A DNA stretch of 64,000 nt. It comes from Candidatus Cloacimonadales bacterium. GTDB taxonomy: Bacteria > Cloacimonadota > Cloacimonadia > Cloacimonadales > JAFGVF01. The notes under the pieces were generated by a model. The model was not told where the DNA came from, made no database searches, and saw only the letters and a list, made by a program, of their open reading frames with translations. Below, one piece after another: positions 50,210-60,869 of the stretch; positions within the stretch are counted from its first letter, which is position 1, and each line of letters opens with the position of its first letter. Made by a program: the position numbers and the translations under genes. Location of the stretch: contig CAXXJV010000001.1 in assembly GCA_963663475.2 (NCBI GenBank), positions 1,856,001 to 1,920,000 of the forward strand, read 5' to 3'.

Positions 50210-50866
50210 TTAAATTTTCTGTCCTTCAATAAATTGTTGCTTCTCGTGATATATGTAGGTCCTAATTACTCCATCTGTGTCAATCGAATGATAAAAAGCA
50301 CCTTCTAATAATACATGGTCAGGTAATTTATTAGTTTCAAAACCTAAGTATAAATCCGCTTTTCTAATCCTAAAACTCAACTCATAGAAACCTAACCATA
50401 TAGGACTTGAAGGAGTTTGATGATATACAGGGATATCATCTTTATCATGACAATCATTAAGCATTATAAAGCTATTCTCTGTAATAAATGAGCTAGCAGT
50501 TACTGATGCTATCTTGCAGTTAGTAAGCTTAAAATAATACCTCCCTGGACTAAGGTATAAGTTTGATTCAATTCTGTTTTGTCCAACAACAGTGTCTTTT
50601 ATTAACTCTTCATGAACAAGCTCAGATTTATCATCAAGCAAAGGCAAGTATCTGTAAACTTGAAATAAGGGAGAGCAAACATCTTCAAATTCAGTCTTCC
50701 AATCTACTAACAGAAGAGGTACTTGGATTGTGATTATCAGACCTCCATTAATATGATTGAAGTCAGGTTTGGAAGGTAAAGGCTCTCCTAATATATAGTC
50801 ATAAGTTTGAGATTCAAGGGAGTAGTTTAACTTACAATCTTGATTTTGAGTAAGTTTTTGCCACAT
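50210..50866 (-). CDS. Hypothetical protein, prophage tail module
   Basis: 218-aa ORF starting 3 nt after the tail-fibre-like gene. Confidence 0.6.
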   Translation of the reverse strand: MWQKLTQNQDCKLNYSLESQTYDYILGEPLPSKPDFNHINGGLIITIQVPLLLVDWKTEFEDVCSPLFQVYRYLPLLDDKSELVHEELIKDTVVGQNRIESNLYLSPGRYYFKLTNCKIASVTASSFITENSFIMLNDCHDKDDIPVYHQTPSSPIWLGFYELSFRIRKADLYLGFETNKLPDHVLLEGAFYHSIDTDGVIRTYIYHEKQQFIEGQKI

Positions 50867-50869
50867 AAA

Positions 50870-51385
50870 TTAGTTATCCTTCCATACATAAATTGCACCA
50901 CCAAGCTTAACCATTTGACCTGCAGAACCACTTGTAGGTAACTCAGATACCTCTTTTATTATGTTAGATGTATCTAAGCCTGTATCGGTAATGTTCTCTA
51001 TTGTTAATTCAGCTAAAATCATTGCTGAAGTTTTATCTTCAACTTTTGGTAATCCAACATCAGATTTTGTTATAGATATGTTACCTGATAATGCTTTACC
51101 ATTAACAGTTGTGCTTGTTTCTACTTTCTTATCAAGTGCTGTTGATAAACCATTTATTTTACTTTGTTCCAGGGTTGGAATTCTACTAGTTGAGAATGCT
51201 CCCGAAGTAATCTTAGATGCATCAAGATTAGGAATATTACTATTTGATATTAAACCTGTAATCTTAGTTGAAGGAATAGCTGGGATTTGAATACTTTTTA
51301 AAAGTCCAGAGCTATCTAACTCAGCAATACCACCTGCAACTCCAAGTTTACTTGAGTCTAATATTTCAGTCCAGGACCCAGCCAT
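50870..51385 (-). CDS. Phage tail-fibre-like repeat protein
   Basis: Repeats IPAIPSTKITG / IPNLDASKITSG / IPTLEQSKINGL; TVNGKALSGNISITKSDVGL. Confidence 0.7.
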   Translation of the reverse strand: MAGSWTEILDSSKLGVAGGIAELDSSGLLKSIQIPAIPSTKITGLISNSNIPNLDASKITSGAFSTSRIPTLEQSKINGLSTALDKKVETSTTVNGKALSGNISITKSDVGLPKVEDKTSAMILAELTIENITDTGLDTSNIIKEVSELPTSGSAGQMVKLGGAIYVWKDN

Positions 51386-51546
51386 CACTTGCCTTCTTCA
51401 GTTAACTTCTCGAGATGTTGGATCATAAGAAGTGCTCCTTCAGTTTTAAGGAGTTTTTCTTTTGTTTCATTTATGGTTCTGACAAGCTTTTGGTGTTCTT
51501 GAGTGAGTTCTAATTTCTGAGTTTGAAGTAGTTCTTTAAAAGTCAT
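51385..51546 (-). CDS. 53-aa coiled-coil phage protein (absent from ORF track)
   Basis: MTFKELLQTQKLELTQEHQKLVRTINETKEKLLKTEGALLMIQHLEKLTEEGK*; AAGGAG RBS; ATGA and TGATG overlaps with neighbours. Confidence 0.7.
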   Translation of the reverse strand: MTFKELLQTQKLELTQEHQKLVRTINETKEKLLKTEGALLMIQHLEKLTEEGK

Positions 51547-51785
51547 GGGTTCTCCTTATAAATATATGTTTTACCGTTCTTTATAAATATCTGACCATCT
51601 CTTGCAGAGCTTGGAAATTCATCTCCTGAGAGGATAAGATTCTGGTCATAGATTCCTAAATCTTCTTTCTCATCAACAGTTGAATAGATAGGCTTTATGA
51701 AAGCAATATCCTTATCAGTTGAGATGGTTGGTTTAGTCTTTTTGTTGATTAAATCAAAAAGGCTGTTGTCTCTAATTGAGCTCAT
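51543..51785 (-). CDS. Hypothetical phage protein
   Basis: TAATG coupling; C-terminal FPSSARDGQIFIK resembles the LPTSGSAGQMV end of the fibre protein. Confidence 0.65.
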   Translation of the reverse strand: MSSIRDNSLFDLINKKTKPTISTDKDIAFIKPIYSTVDEKEDLGIYDQNLILSGDEFPSSARDGQIFIKNGKTYIYKENP

Positions 51786-52028
51786 TATCTTAACTCAGCT
51801 ACTTTCTGGGCTAATGTGTTTGATGAATGAAGTACATTAGCTAGTGCTTGCAAGGCATCAGCATCTTGAGCAAAGGCATCTATGATATTACCAATAGTTA
51901 ACTTCTCTTCAATAGTTGTAAGTCTATCTTCTACAGGAGTATTAATATGCTTGAATTCATGGGCATAAACCGTCGTTTGACTGCTTTGGTCTGATATAGT
52001 AGTAACAACTACTTCAACAGTTTCACCT
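51785..52028 (-). pseudogene. Start-less 3' fragment of a phage gene
   Basis: ~80-codon open frame (ETVEVVVTTISDQ...AQKVAELR*) coupled by TAATG to the next gene, preceded by an in-frame TGA and no start. Confidence 0.6.
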
Positions 52029-52360
52029 CAGAAATACCCTCTAATGAATTTTCATTAATAAAGATATAACAAACCATAGAAAGAGCTGTAGATAGATAAA
52101 AGATTATCATAGAATTGGAACCTTGTGGGAACATGGAATAACTGATTTGCATGATATTTCAAATTTATCGATATTATCAAAAAGGCTCATCACCCAATAT
52201 ATTGACATTCTACCAGAAAAAAGTTAAAAATATTATTGGCAAAGAGAAACTTGCTTATTCAAGCAAAAATAAATATTATATCTTCAGCTGATGAAACAGA
52301 AACAGGCTCTGCTGGGGAGCAACCTGATAGGAATAATCAGCAAAGAAGTGGTTTAATATA

Positions 52361-52388
52361 AAATGGCACGACTGATGCCGTGCCATTT
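52361..52388 (-). terminator. Intrinsic terminator after the 1478-aa gene
   Basis: aaatggcacg-N8-cgtgccattt; T-rich tail on the minus strand. Confidence 0.7.
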
Positions 52389-52467
52389 GTAATTTATTAT
52401 ATCATTTTGTCCATGTTTTAGAAAACCCATTATAGTGGGATCCTGAAGCTCATGGGGTCATATGATA

Positions 52468-55400
52468 CTATTTTAAAAGGATCATCTTTTTAGTTAACTC
52501 TTTTCCACTAGTCTTTAGTCTAGAGAAATAAACTCCAGATGCTACTGATTTGTTGTTTGAGTTTGTTCCATTCCAAACAATTCTGTGATTACCTGCTGAT
52601 AATTTTCCATCAGTAAGTGTTTTTACCTTTTGCCCTCTTATATTATATATATCAAGTTTAACTTCAGAATCACATGGCAAATCAAAGGAAATGACAGTTT
52701 CAGGATTAAATGGGTTTGGATAATTACTATATAGTTTTAATATTGGGGCAGAAACATTATTCTCTATATTAGGATATTCTGGCGAGATTAAGTAGTAAGA
52801 TTTATTTAGGATAACATCTTGTGAAATTTTGAATCTATTCTCCTTGAAATCATATGTATAAAAGTCTCTGAGAGTACTCCTTTTATCTACAGAAGCAAAT
52901 TCTAATCTAATATTTGATTCGATTTTTGTTTCAATTGAAGGATATAACAAAAGTTGAGCTTGATTATCCACAACAGCCACAGCTCCAATACAAACATTAT
53001 CTTGAAAAGCACCAATTTCTATTACAGAGTCATCGATATTTACTATATCCATTACTATATATTCATCAGTAGCTTTGAATTCATACTGCGTTAAGTCAGG
53101 AGCTGCATTCTTTTTATAGTAAGAACCAGAATTGCTCCACCTAAATCCCTGTATAGTTTCGCTAACTCTTACGATATAACCTCTTCCTTTGTGTAAAGTG
53201 TGTGTTTTCCAACTTGGAGGTGTAGAAATGTCAATTCCTCCTTTAGGATTTATCGGGATAGGAGCATAACTCCATTTTTCAGATTTCATCGAGGTTACTT
53301 TCTCAAAATTATCACCAAATGCATCTCTCATGTCTTTACTTTCATCCAACCAATAACCAACCCAGTTGTCGACATCCGGATATAAAGTAATGGAAGTCTG
53401 TGTATTTTCCATATCATATGGGATATCGTATTGATTTGAATAATCGGTCATATTAATTTTATAGAATGCTGAACTATAGATTGTATCAAGCCCATTTATA
53501 CTCCAGTTATTATTATCTAAGGTTGCATAATCATTTTTATACATAATACTAATTCCATATGGATTAATCGTCTCAAACAATTGATTATTATCCATACTTC
53601 CACTTGCAATTGGGAAAGAAACCCAATTCCAACCAGAATGTATATGGGTATTAGCACTGAACGGAATTGAGATATCAGTATTCATAATATCATCTGATTT
53701 AATATTGATAAATCCATTATAACTTTTATACATTTTAGTGGGATAAAAATTTCCAATAATTGTCATACTCGAGTTTGGATTAAGTTCACTTTGATAACTA
53801 TCAAATATTAATACATCTTCTAAGTCTTCAGATACATCAATCTCAATATTTGTTATATTTTTATTATTGCTAGTATTTAGAACTTCGAATTTAAACTCCC
53901 TTGGAGAATCAGGATTAATATTACCTAATGTTATCTCAGGTGTATCTATATTAAGATAAATATCATTATACTCGAATGCTCCAATATCAATTGATTGTCG
54001 AGCAATTCTATTATTACCATCAATATCTTTAGATAGAGAATAATATACTATGTCATCCCCGTTTTCTGAAGGTAAGTATCCACTGTCAAAGCAAGGTGAG
54101 GTAGTATCAATCTTATAACTATTGCAGATTAATGGATCACTGTCGATATTGTTGTTAGCAGTATAGTTTAAATTCATATTGCTATTGTAAGCATCATTAA
54201 AACTGGCATATGAAATATAATCATTAGATGGATCATCAATTAAATTAAAACCTTCAATACTATTCGATTCAAAAACTACCTCATGATTATTTAAAAGATC
54301 ATTATGCAAATAGTATAAAATTGAATGCCCAACTCCAGAAACTTCAGAAGTACCCTCAGCCTCATTGTCTCTAAATATATTGTTGATAAAATAAACTGAA
54401 TTGCTGTCGTTTAGTAATGAAACTGCCCCTCCTCGTCCTGTAGCAGTATTGTTAACAAATGTATTATTTTGGATAATAGTATTATAGGATGAGGAATCAT
54501 GGAAATTATTTTGACGAATTGAAATAGCCCCAAAATTATTAGCACTGTTATTATTAAAAACATTACCAGCAATGATAACATCTCTATAATCATCATTACC
54601 TCTTATATATATAGCACCACCTGAACCAGCTTGATTGTTTTCAAAATAACAATTTTGAATTATGGGAGGTGCACCCCAAGCACATATAGCTCCACCTCCG
54701 GATTCAGATGTATTATTGAGAAAACGACAATTATTAAATACAGTAATGATAGTATCATCATCATTTCGTTGCTTAATAAATATCGCCCCCCCATCACCAT
54801 CTTCTTGATTAGTTGAGGGATTATGCCTCTTAGATATATTATTTCTAAATATACAATTATTGAAAGTTACTGTATAATCAACCGTTGAGTAATTATTATC
54901 GAAATTAAATGCTCCACCAGAGGCCGTGCTTGAACCTTTTGCATTTTCAAAAATTGCCCATTCAAATGATGAATCATCAAATACAGTTCTAGCTTCTTTT
55001 CCTATATATACTCCATACCATCTATCATTGTCATAAAGAGTTGGTTGAAGATTAGTAAAAGTAACAGGCTTATTTTCTGTACCTATAACTTTAACTGCAC
55101 CACTTATCCCGAACAATTTGTTTCGTTCGAATTTAAGAGTTATGCCATTTGTGGAAGAACTTGAGTCAATTATTAACATTGTATTTTCGGGAACCCGAAG
55201 ATTTCCAGTTAGTGATCTTAAGTCATCTACTAAATCATCTGGAATTACTGTATCTTGAGTTATATAATATGTTTGAAGATAACTAGCATCATCATATCTT
55301 GAAACTGTCTTTTTATCGAAAGCATTGTACCTAAATTCTGAGGGTATTGAATCTGAATTTTTGGGATGATAAGGCCAACTACTTTCTAAACTTGTAGCCC

Positions 55401-56904
55401 AAAAATATGGCATACCTGGGCAATAATATGATTCATCATTCCAAGCTTCTGCCTCAGTACCATAATGATCACTAGTCCAAGTCCTTGTATAATAGTTACC
55501 CCAAAAATTCATTCGCTTGATAATATTATTCTTCTCAATTGGTTTTACATCAAAACCTCTTCCACTAGTTAACTTATAGCCAAAACTTGCATATTCCATT
55601 GTTGCTTTAAGCACTGTTGTAGTTAGAATAATTGCTAATGGTTCCCCATAAATTGGAATAATACTTAAAATAGCGTTACCAATAGCAATCCCGCCCCCAG
55701 CGGTCATATACAGTGGACCTGCATCTGTCCAATGTTGTTTCGATTTACCATAATTATTAATAGTTATCTGTTCAGTTTGCTTTTCTGATTCGGCATGTTT
55801 ATCTAAATACCCTGGTAGTTTTGGATAAACAGCTAAACCATACTTACTAGACGTGTTTCTAAAAAAGGTGTTATGTTCTTTGTTCTGTCCCCAGAATGAA
55901 TCTACTTGGATTGAATTACAAATATTGCCTTCAAACAGATTCTCATAAGGACCTTCATAGGTGCCACCATAGTGCTGAGAAGATTCTCCATGACACAACA
56001 AATCACCAGTATAGTCATCAGGTACAATACTTGTTATAAGCCATTTACAAAAATCCTCCATCCAAGGTGCTACTCCTGATGGATGCCAATCTTCAATTGA
56101 AGTATTTTTGGAGTTTTTTACAGTATTATATCCAAAAACATTGTGATGTGCACCATTCTGAACTATCATAGAATGTCGTAGTCTTCTAAAAATATTGTTC
56201 TCAACGAGAATATGATGACTATCATATTCTATAAAAACACCGTAACCCTCTCCCCCATCACCATGTCTATGTGCATTATTAAAGTAACATCCCGCAACAT
56301 AATTATGTTCTGAATTTATCATACGTATGTGACTTGTAACTGGGGTTGTACTTTCAACACCTATTACCCAACTGTTACTAGTATTCGTAAAATGTATATT
56401 GTTACCAGTATCAGTATCTGCAGAGTCACTATTGTCTTGTCGAACAATCCATAAATCTTCAATTCCAACTTTTTCCATAGGTTCTGTACTACTACCAACA
56501 TTAATACAATTTTTATTAACCCCAAGATTAAAGTTCAAAATAGTTCGTTGACTTCTATCCTCATCTCTCCTAAATTGGTGATTACCTTTTAGGATTATAT
56601 ATGATTTAAGGTTGATTGGCTCAGAGAGATTGAATTCTCCCGGAGGTAATAAAAGTCTAACGATGTTAGTTGGAGAAGGGTATATCTCATTGTCTTCGTC
56701 TACATGCAATATATCATCTAAATTGAAATTTTCTATATCCGATATAGATAAAGAAACATCTTCATATTGACTGGGAATATCCCTAATCAATCCTGCATCT
56801 TGCCATTCGGCACTTAAATGCTCAACTACTGGGTATTCAGTAGTAAAAGCTGCAATATTATATATAAATGTAAGTATCATTAAAATCATAATTCTATTCT
56901 TCAT
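52468..56904 (-). CDS. Large secreted parallel beta-helix protein with GGAI repeats, Ig-like domains and FlgD-Ig/T9SS C-terminal domain
   Basis: Signal peptide; ENNIF..LRHSM beta-helix; F.NN...GGAI repeats; DIDGNNR...DIGAFEY; NYPNPFNPET...SGVYF...KKMILLK. Confidence 0.85.
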   Translation of the reverse strand: MKNRIMILMILTFIYNIAAFTTEYPVVEHLSAEWQDAGLIRDIPSQYEDVSLSISDIENFNLDDILHVDEDNEIYPSPTNIVRLLLPPGEFNLSEPINLKSYIILKGNHQFRRDEDRSQRTILNFNLGVNKNCINVGSSTEPMEKVGIEDLWIVRQDNSDSADTDTGNNIHFTNTSNSWVIGVESTTPVTSHIRMINSEHNYVAGCYFNNAHRHGDGGEGYGVFIEYDSHHILVENNIFRRLRHSMIVQNGAHHNVFGYNTVKNSKNTSIEDWHPSGVAPWMEDFCKWLITSIVPDDYTGDLLCHGESSQHYGGTYEGPYENLFEGNICNSIQVDSFWGQNKEHNTFFRNTSSKYGLAVYPKLPGYLDKHAESEKQTEQITINNYGKSKQHWTDAGPLYMTAGGGIAIGNAILSIIPIYGEPLAIILTTTVLKATMEYASFGYKLTSGRGFDVKPIEKNNIIKRMNFWGNYYTRTWTSDHYGTEAEAWNDESYYCPGMPYFWATSLESSWPYHPKNSDSIPSEFRYNAFDKKTVSRYDDASYLQTYYITQDTVIPDDLVDDLRSLTGNLRVPENTMLIIDSSSSTNGITLKFERNKLFGISGAVKVIGTENKPVTFTNLQPTLYDNDRWYGVYIGKEARTVFDDSSFEWAIFENAKGSSTASGGAFNFDNNYSTVDYTVTFNNCIFRNNISKRHNPSTNQEDGDGGAIFIKQRNDDDTIITVFNNCRFLNNTSESGGGAICAWGAPPIIQNCYFENNQAGSGGAIYIRGNDDYRDVIIAGNVFNNNSANNFGAISIRQNNFHDSSSYNTIIQNNTFVNNTATGRGGAVSLLNDSNSVYFINNIFRDNEAEGTSEVSGVGHSILYYLHNDLLNNHEVVFESNSIEGFNLIDDPSNDYISYASFNDAYNSNMNLNYTANNNIDSDPLICNSYKIDTTSPCFDSGYLPSENGDDIVYYSLSKDIDGNNRIARQSIDIGAFEYNDIYLNIDTPEITLGNINPDSPREFKFEVLNTSNNKNITNIEIDVSEDLEDVLIFDSYQSELNPNSSMTIIGNFYPTKMYKSYNGFINIKSDDIMNTDISIPFSANTHIHSGWNWVSFPIASGSMDNNQLFETINPYGISIMYKNDYATLDNNNWSINGLDTIYSSAFYKINMTDYSNQYDIPYDMENTQTSITLYPDVDNWVGYWLDESKDMRDAFGDNFEKVTSMKSEKWSYAPIPINPKGGIDISTPPSWKTHTLHKGRGYIVRVSETIQGFRWSNSGSYYKKNAAPDLTQYEFKATDEYIVMDIVNIDDSVIEIGAFQDNVCIGAVAVVDNQAQLLLYPSIETKIESNIRLEFASVDKRSTLRDFYTYDFKENRFKISQDVILNKSYYLISPEYPNIENNVSAPILKLYSNYPNPFNPETVISFDLPCDSEVKLDIYNIRGQKVKTLTDGKLSAGNHRIVWNGTNSNNKSVASGVYFSRLKTSGKELTKKMILLK

Positions 56905-56916
56905 TTTTACCTCCTA

Positions 56917-57996
56917 TTAGTAATGTAAAAATCCTACAATTCCCACAATTTTTGTATTATTAAGATTCATGTGAGTCTTAGAGACATTATGATATTTTCC
57001 GAAAAATTCACCATTTTCTACAGCAAATGTAGAATCTATCACTGTGTCATAAATAATTTCATTCATCAACAAATAACGATCATCTGAACTAAAACTAATA
57101 TCATTAATGTTATAAACACTTGTATCAAAAAGTATAATAGATAGTGTTTCTATGTTTAATAAATATTCATTCCTATCATTGCCACGCTCAAAAACAACAA
57201 ACCCGTTCAAGTTCGAGTACTTTAGTTGTATATAGCCTTCCGTCAAGATATCAATATTATTATTAATTAAGTCATGTTTCCTTAAATTATGTATTCTTAC
57301 AATTTCCTCATTTTCAATTATTTTGTAACTGTATCGATATAATATTGTATAATCATTAACTCTTCTAGCATAGTGGTATGATGCATTATACAAAGGGTCT
57401 TCTTGTATTATTGTGTTCAAAATAACAAGTGATCCATTTGTTAAAATATTGTACTCAATCAATCCAAGTTCAATAGTAGTGTTCTCATCTACTACAGTAT
57501 AGTTATATAGTATCGACTTTTCATCAAAAGAGAATGATGGCGAAGAGCATTGACTAACTGAGTCTATAGATATCTTCTCAACTTCAGTACCATCTACACT
57601 AGATAGATAAACCTTACCATCATGAAGAAGAATCATTTTTGTCCTATCCCGGTTAAAATATTGCACTCCACCTAATGAATCAATAATAGTTCTTCTATAC
57701 TCTCCATCGAGAGACATAATATCAATTCTGTTTGCAAAGTCTAATAGTATAACTTCATCATCATAATTTCCTGCTAAGTCTCTAACGAAATAAGGTCTTG
57801 CTCCCGCAAAAGAAGTTTGATTTTGTGATTGTAATAGTTGTACATCAGAACCATCAATGTTCATTGTAGCTATGAAATCTTCTCTCCAAGCACCCTCATC
57901 AACTTCGGGGTCATTATATAACTTAAAATCACATCCAGCAAGTGTTATAAGGATAATAATAAACAAGGGCAATATTATAATTTTAAAGCTGTTCAT
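56917..57996 (-). CDS. Lipoprotein, TolB-like beta-propeller
   Basis: Lipobox LAGC; MNIDGSDV, SPSFSFDEKSI, SFSSDDRYL repeats. Confidence 0.7.
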   Translation of the reverse strand: MNSFKIIILPLFIIILITLAGCDFKLYNDPEVDEGAWREDFIATMNIDGSDVQLLQSQNQTSFAGARPYFVRDLAGNYDDEVILLDFANRIDIMSLDGEYRRTIIDSLGGVQYFNRDRTKMILLHDGKVYLSSVDGTEVEKISIDSVSQCSSPSFSFDEKSILYNYTVVDENTTIELGLIEYNILTNGSLVILNTIIQEDPLYNASYHYARRVNDYTILYRYSYKIIENEEIVRIHNLRKHDLINNNIDILTEGYIQLKYSNLNGFVVFERGNDRNEYLLNIETLSIILFDTSVYNINDISFSSDDRYLLMNEIIYDTVIDSTFAVENGEFFGKYHNVSKTHMNLNNTKIVGIVGFLHY

Positions 57997-58727
57997 TTTC
58001 GAAAGCTCCTCAATTCTAAGATATTATTCTCAACAAATCCATAATCGTATTGCTTTAGGATACTCCTTTTATTAAAATTACTAAGGGCAACAGGTATTAA
58101 AGGAAGCATTTTTGGAACATCGCTTGATAATATCAATTTATTATCCTTTGCAACCTCTTCAGAAAGTTCAACAGGGATATTTGTCTTGCTTACATCCATT
58201 CTTACATCAATTGTATTTATTCTTGAGCCTTGGCCAATATGCTTCTTTACGGTTTGAGCTTCTAAATAAAAACTATTACTAATTTGCAAGAATGAATCTG
58301 CTGTTGCAAACATATCATTAATTTCATTTTCAAAAGTTGATAACTCATTTTTAGATAAAACATCAATAGTTTGATTTTCCCCAAACTCATCAGTACCCCA
58401 AATTTCAGTGACCTCTTTTGTTTTGTTATCAAGTCTGATATAGACAGCATTGCCTTCAAACTCTTCTAAGATAACCATGTTCTTATCATCTTTAGAATAT
58501 ACCTCTAAGGAGTGAATACTCTCATTATTACCCTCTGTTTTATAACAATAAACTACACGGTCTCCAAGTTTTAGGTCATTCCCAAACCTTATTGGAGATA
58601 ACATTTGAATGTAACCAGCAATTAGTTTCTTTTCATTACCACTTTTGAGTATTGATTCGTTATTATCGCAAGATAGATTAGTACCTAAAACATATAATAA
58701 CATCAATAATATTAATCTTAATTTCAT
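57993..58727 (-). CDS. Exported hypothetical protein (possible lipoprotein)
   Basis: Signal peptide ending NLSC; AAGGAG RBS; ATGA overlap with the next gene. Confidence 0.65.
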   Translation of the reverse strand: MKLRLILLMLLYVLGTNLSCDNNESILKSGNEKKLIAGYIQMLSPIRFGNDLKLGDRVVYCYKTEGNNESIHSLEVYSKDDKNMVILEEFEGNAVYIRLDNKTKEVTEIWGTDEFGENQTIDVLSKNELSTFENEINDMFATADSFLQISNSFYLEAQTVKKHIGQGSRINTIDVRMDVSKTNIPVELSEEVAKDNKLILSSDVPKMLPLIPVALSNFNKRSILKQYDYGFVENNILELRSFRK

Positions 58728-59009
58728 ACTATACTCCTTATTTTTATTATTTATTGAAGTAATTTAATATCTTCTAAATTTGTCAAGTTCTTTTTTGCTT
58801 AATATATGCATTTATAAATATTTATTGAACACTACCATCTAATTGATAATAAGGCCCTATAATAGAATGTAAAACAGACTACTAAACAATATTAAAATAT
58901 TCCTTTTGTGCATCTTTTTATTGTTTCCTTTTTTTATATTTCATTTAACTCCTATTTTGTTGCAATTAGCTAAACCCTTAATATACAAGGATTACTATAA
59001 CTGCGACAT

Positions 59010-59207
59010 TTACTTTTTAACTATAAAAATTTCTCCATTAATAACTATAGCAATATAATCATCATTTGGGGCATCATAAATGACTTCATAACTCTGAGTT
59101 CCAACCTCTTCCCAAGTGATTTCTGGATAGATTTCATAATTAACTTGACTTGCAAAGACTAACACGACAAAACTGAACAATAATAAAAGTGAGATTATTT
59201 TTTTCAT
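59010..59207 (-). CDS. Small secreted acidic peptide (65 aa)
   Basis: AGGAGGAG RBS, classic signal peptide MKKIISLLLLFSFVVLVFA. Confidence 0.75.
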   Translation of the reverse strand: MKKIISLLLLFSFVVLVFASQVNYEIYPEITWEEVGTQSYEVIYDAPNDDYIAIVINGEIFIVKK

Positions 59208-59299
59208 ATCTCCTCCTATTATATAGACCCTAAAAAAACTAATATTTTTATTAGTTTACTCTATCTAATTGATATATATAAATTTATGAGAGGCTAGCG

Positions 59300-60227
59300 A
59301 TGGTTAATAATTTTAAAGAGTATTTTAAATCTGCAAAGGTAACTGCTTATAAAATAGTTAATGATTATGAATTAGCTGAGGATATTGCAAGTGATTGTCT
59401 GGTTAAGCTTGAAAAGATTTCAAGAGTAAGAGAGATTGCTAATCCTAAAGGATGGATTAGAAAGGTAGTTACTAACTTTTGTAATGATTATTTTAATAAG
59501 CAAAAAAGATTATTAAAAGTTCATGTAGAAGAAGATAAACTTGATTTTTTTGCTAATAAAAATCAAGAAAATAGTAGTGAGATTATAGATTTTGAGATTG
59601 ATTTTAGTGAATATTCTTTTCTTGCACATAAAGATAGAAAAAGAATCAAAAGCTAAAATTGCCCAGAGATTTAAACTTAAAGAGAGTAAAGTCAGAGAAA
59701 TAATATATAAGTATATTAATGAAATTGAGCTTTATCATCTGATTGATAATAAGACCCTATTTTTTTAAGTTATTACCCTATACTAACCTTACACTTAAGA
59801 TTAATAACTTCATACATAAACTAAAGAACTGTCTTAATAATAATGATTTATCTTCTATGAAACGATATTTGAAAAATGCAAAATTAATGACTTTTCAAAG
59901 ATTAAATTTAAAGAAATGAAGTCATGTAAATTACAGTATATTGATGAACAAAGTTATTGTCTTTTAGTTGTTTTTATTAATCAAGCTAATGAATACAGCT
60001 TTTTTTTTATAGAATTCATTATAACAAGTTCAAACAATATACAAGTAGTTGAATTTCCTATCTGGCCTCAAGGAGTTGTACAAATTGATAAAAGCAAACT
60101 AAAGACAGAAATTAAGCAAAAAGACTTAGATAGCTTCAACGGTTCCTATAACGAAAAATTAGGAAGTTATGATGAATTGAAAAAAAAAGGTATTGCTAAA
60201 GAGATTCAACAAAATGATAAGTTTTAA
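59300..60227 (+). pseudogene. ECF (sigma-70 group 4) sigma factor with C-terminal extension, several frameshifts
   Basis: Region 2 AYKIVNDYELAEDIASD...WIRKVVTN; region-4-like KIAQRFKLKESKVREI in another frame; further fragments to 60227. Confidence 0.7.
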
Positions 60228-60869
60228 ATACACACTTTTAATCTGCTCTAAAATCTCAATATTAATAGCCACAGGTAAGCATGCAACACCCCAAGCATTT
60301 GATCTATGAGTCGGATTTTTAAAGTGAATCACATCATTACTTGAGAAGAATCTCTTTTCGCCATTTTTATAATGAAGGAAATCTGGTTTGAAGAATCCGA
60401 AATCATCATAGTTCTCTATTAGTTGAACTTCTGTTGGTAGTAATCTTTCCATACCAACCCATTCACCAGATGCATTACGCATTTTAATGACAAAACCATT
60501 CCCACAAGCTAGATAGTATTTAAGTAACTCTCCAAGTGTTAGAAGTATATCATCATTACCTGGATATTGAGCTGATGCAAGCCAACTCTTTAAACTACTA
60601 TTCTTGACTTCAAGTTGCATTAAACATGAGTTAACCTTAGAAGCAATACAGCCTGAATGGTACTCATCTTTATCGATAAGCTTAAGCAGTTTGAAAATAG
60701 AGTAGGGAGCCTGTATAATTCTTTTTTTCTCATAAGATTTGGATAATCTTCTTCTACCTTGCCACTTATAAGAATCTAAGTTAACAGGCTCAGGAGAGTA
60801 GTTCTTTTTAAGTAAGTCCTCACTGCTCACTATGCCAATATTAAATCCACCTATTCTTTGTACTCTCAT
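60159..60869 (-). pseudogene. Phage portal protein, N-terminal part (truncated near 60235)
   Basis: YLACGNGFV..RN..G....LLP and DVIHFK portal motifs; too short, and the tail runs antisense into the sigma gene. Confidence 0.75.

Noticed and set aside
50210-56904. Diversity-generating retroelement or retron near the tail genes
   Set aside because: No reverse transcriptase and no template/variable repeat pair seen.
58800-58960. RBS plus MKYKKRKQ* and a decayed signal-peptide-like frame
   Set aside because: Too short and interrupted to support a gene call.
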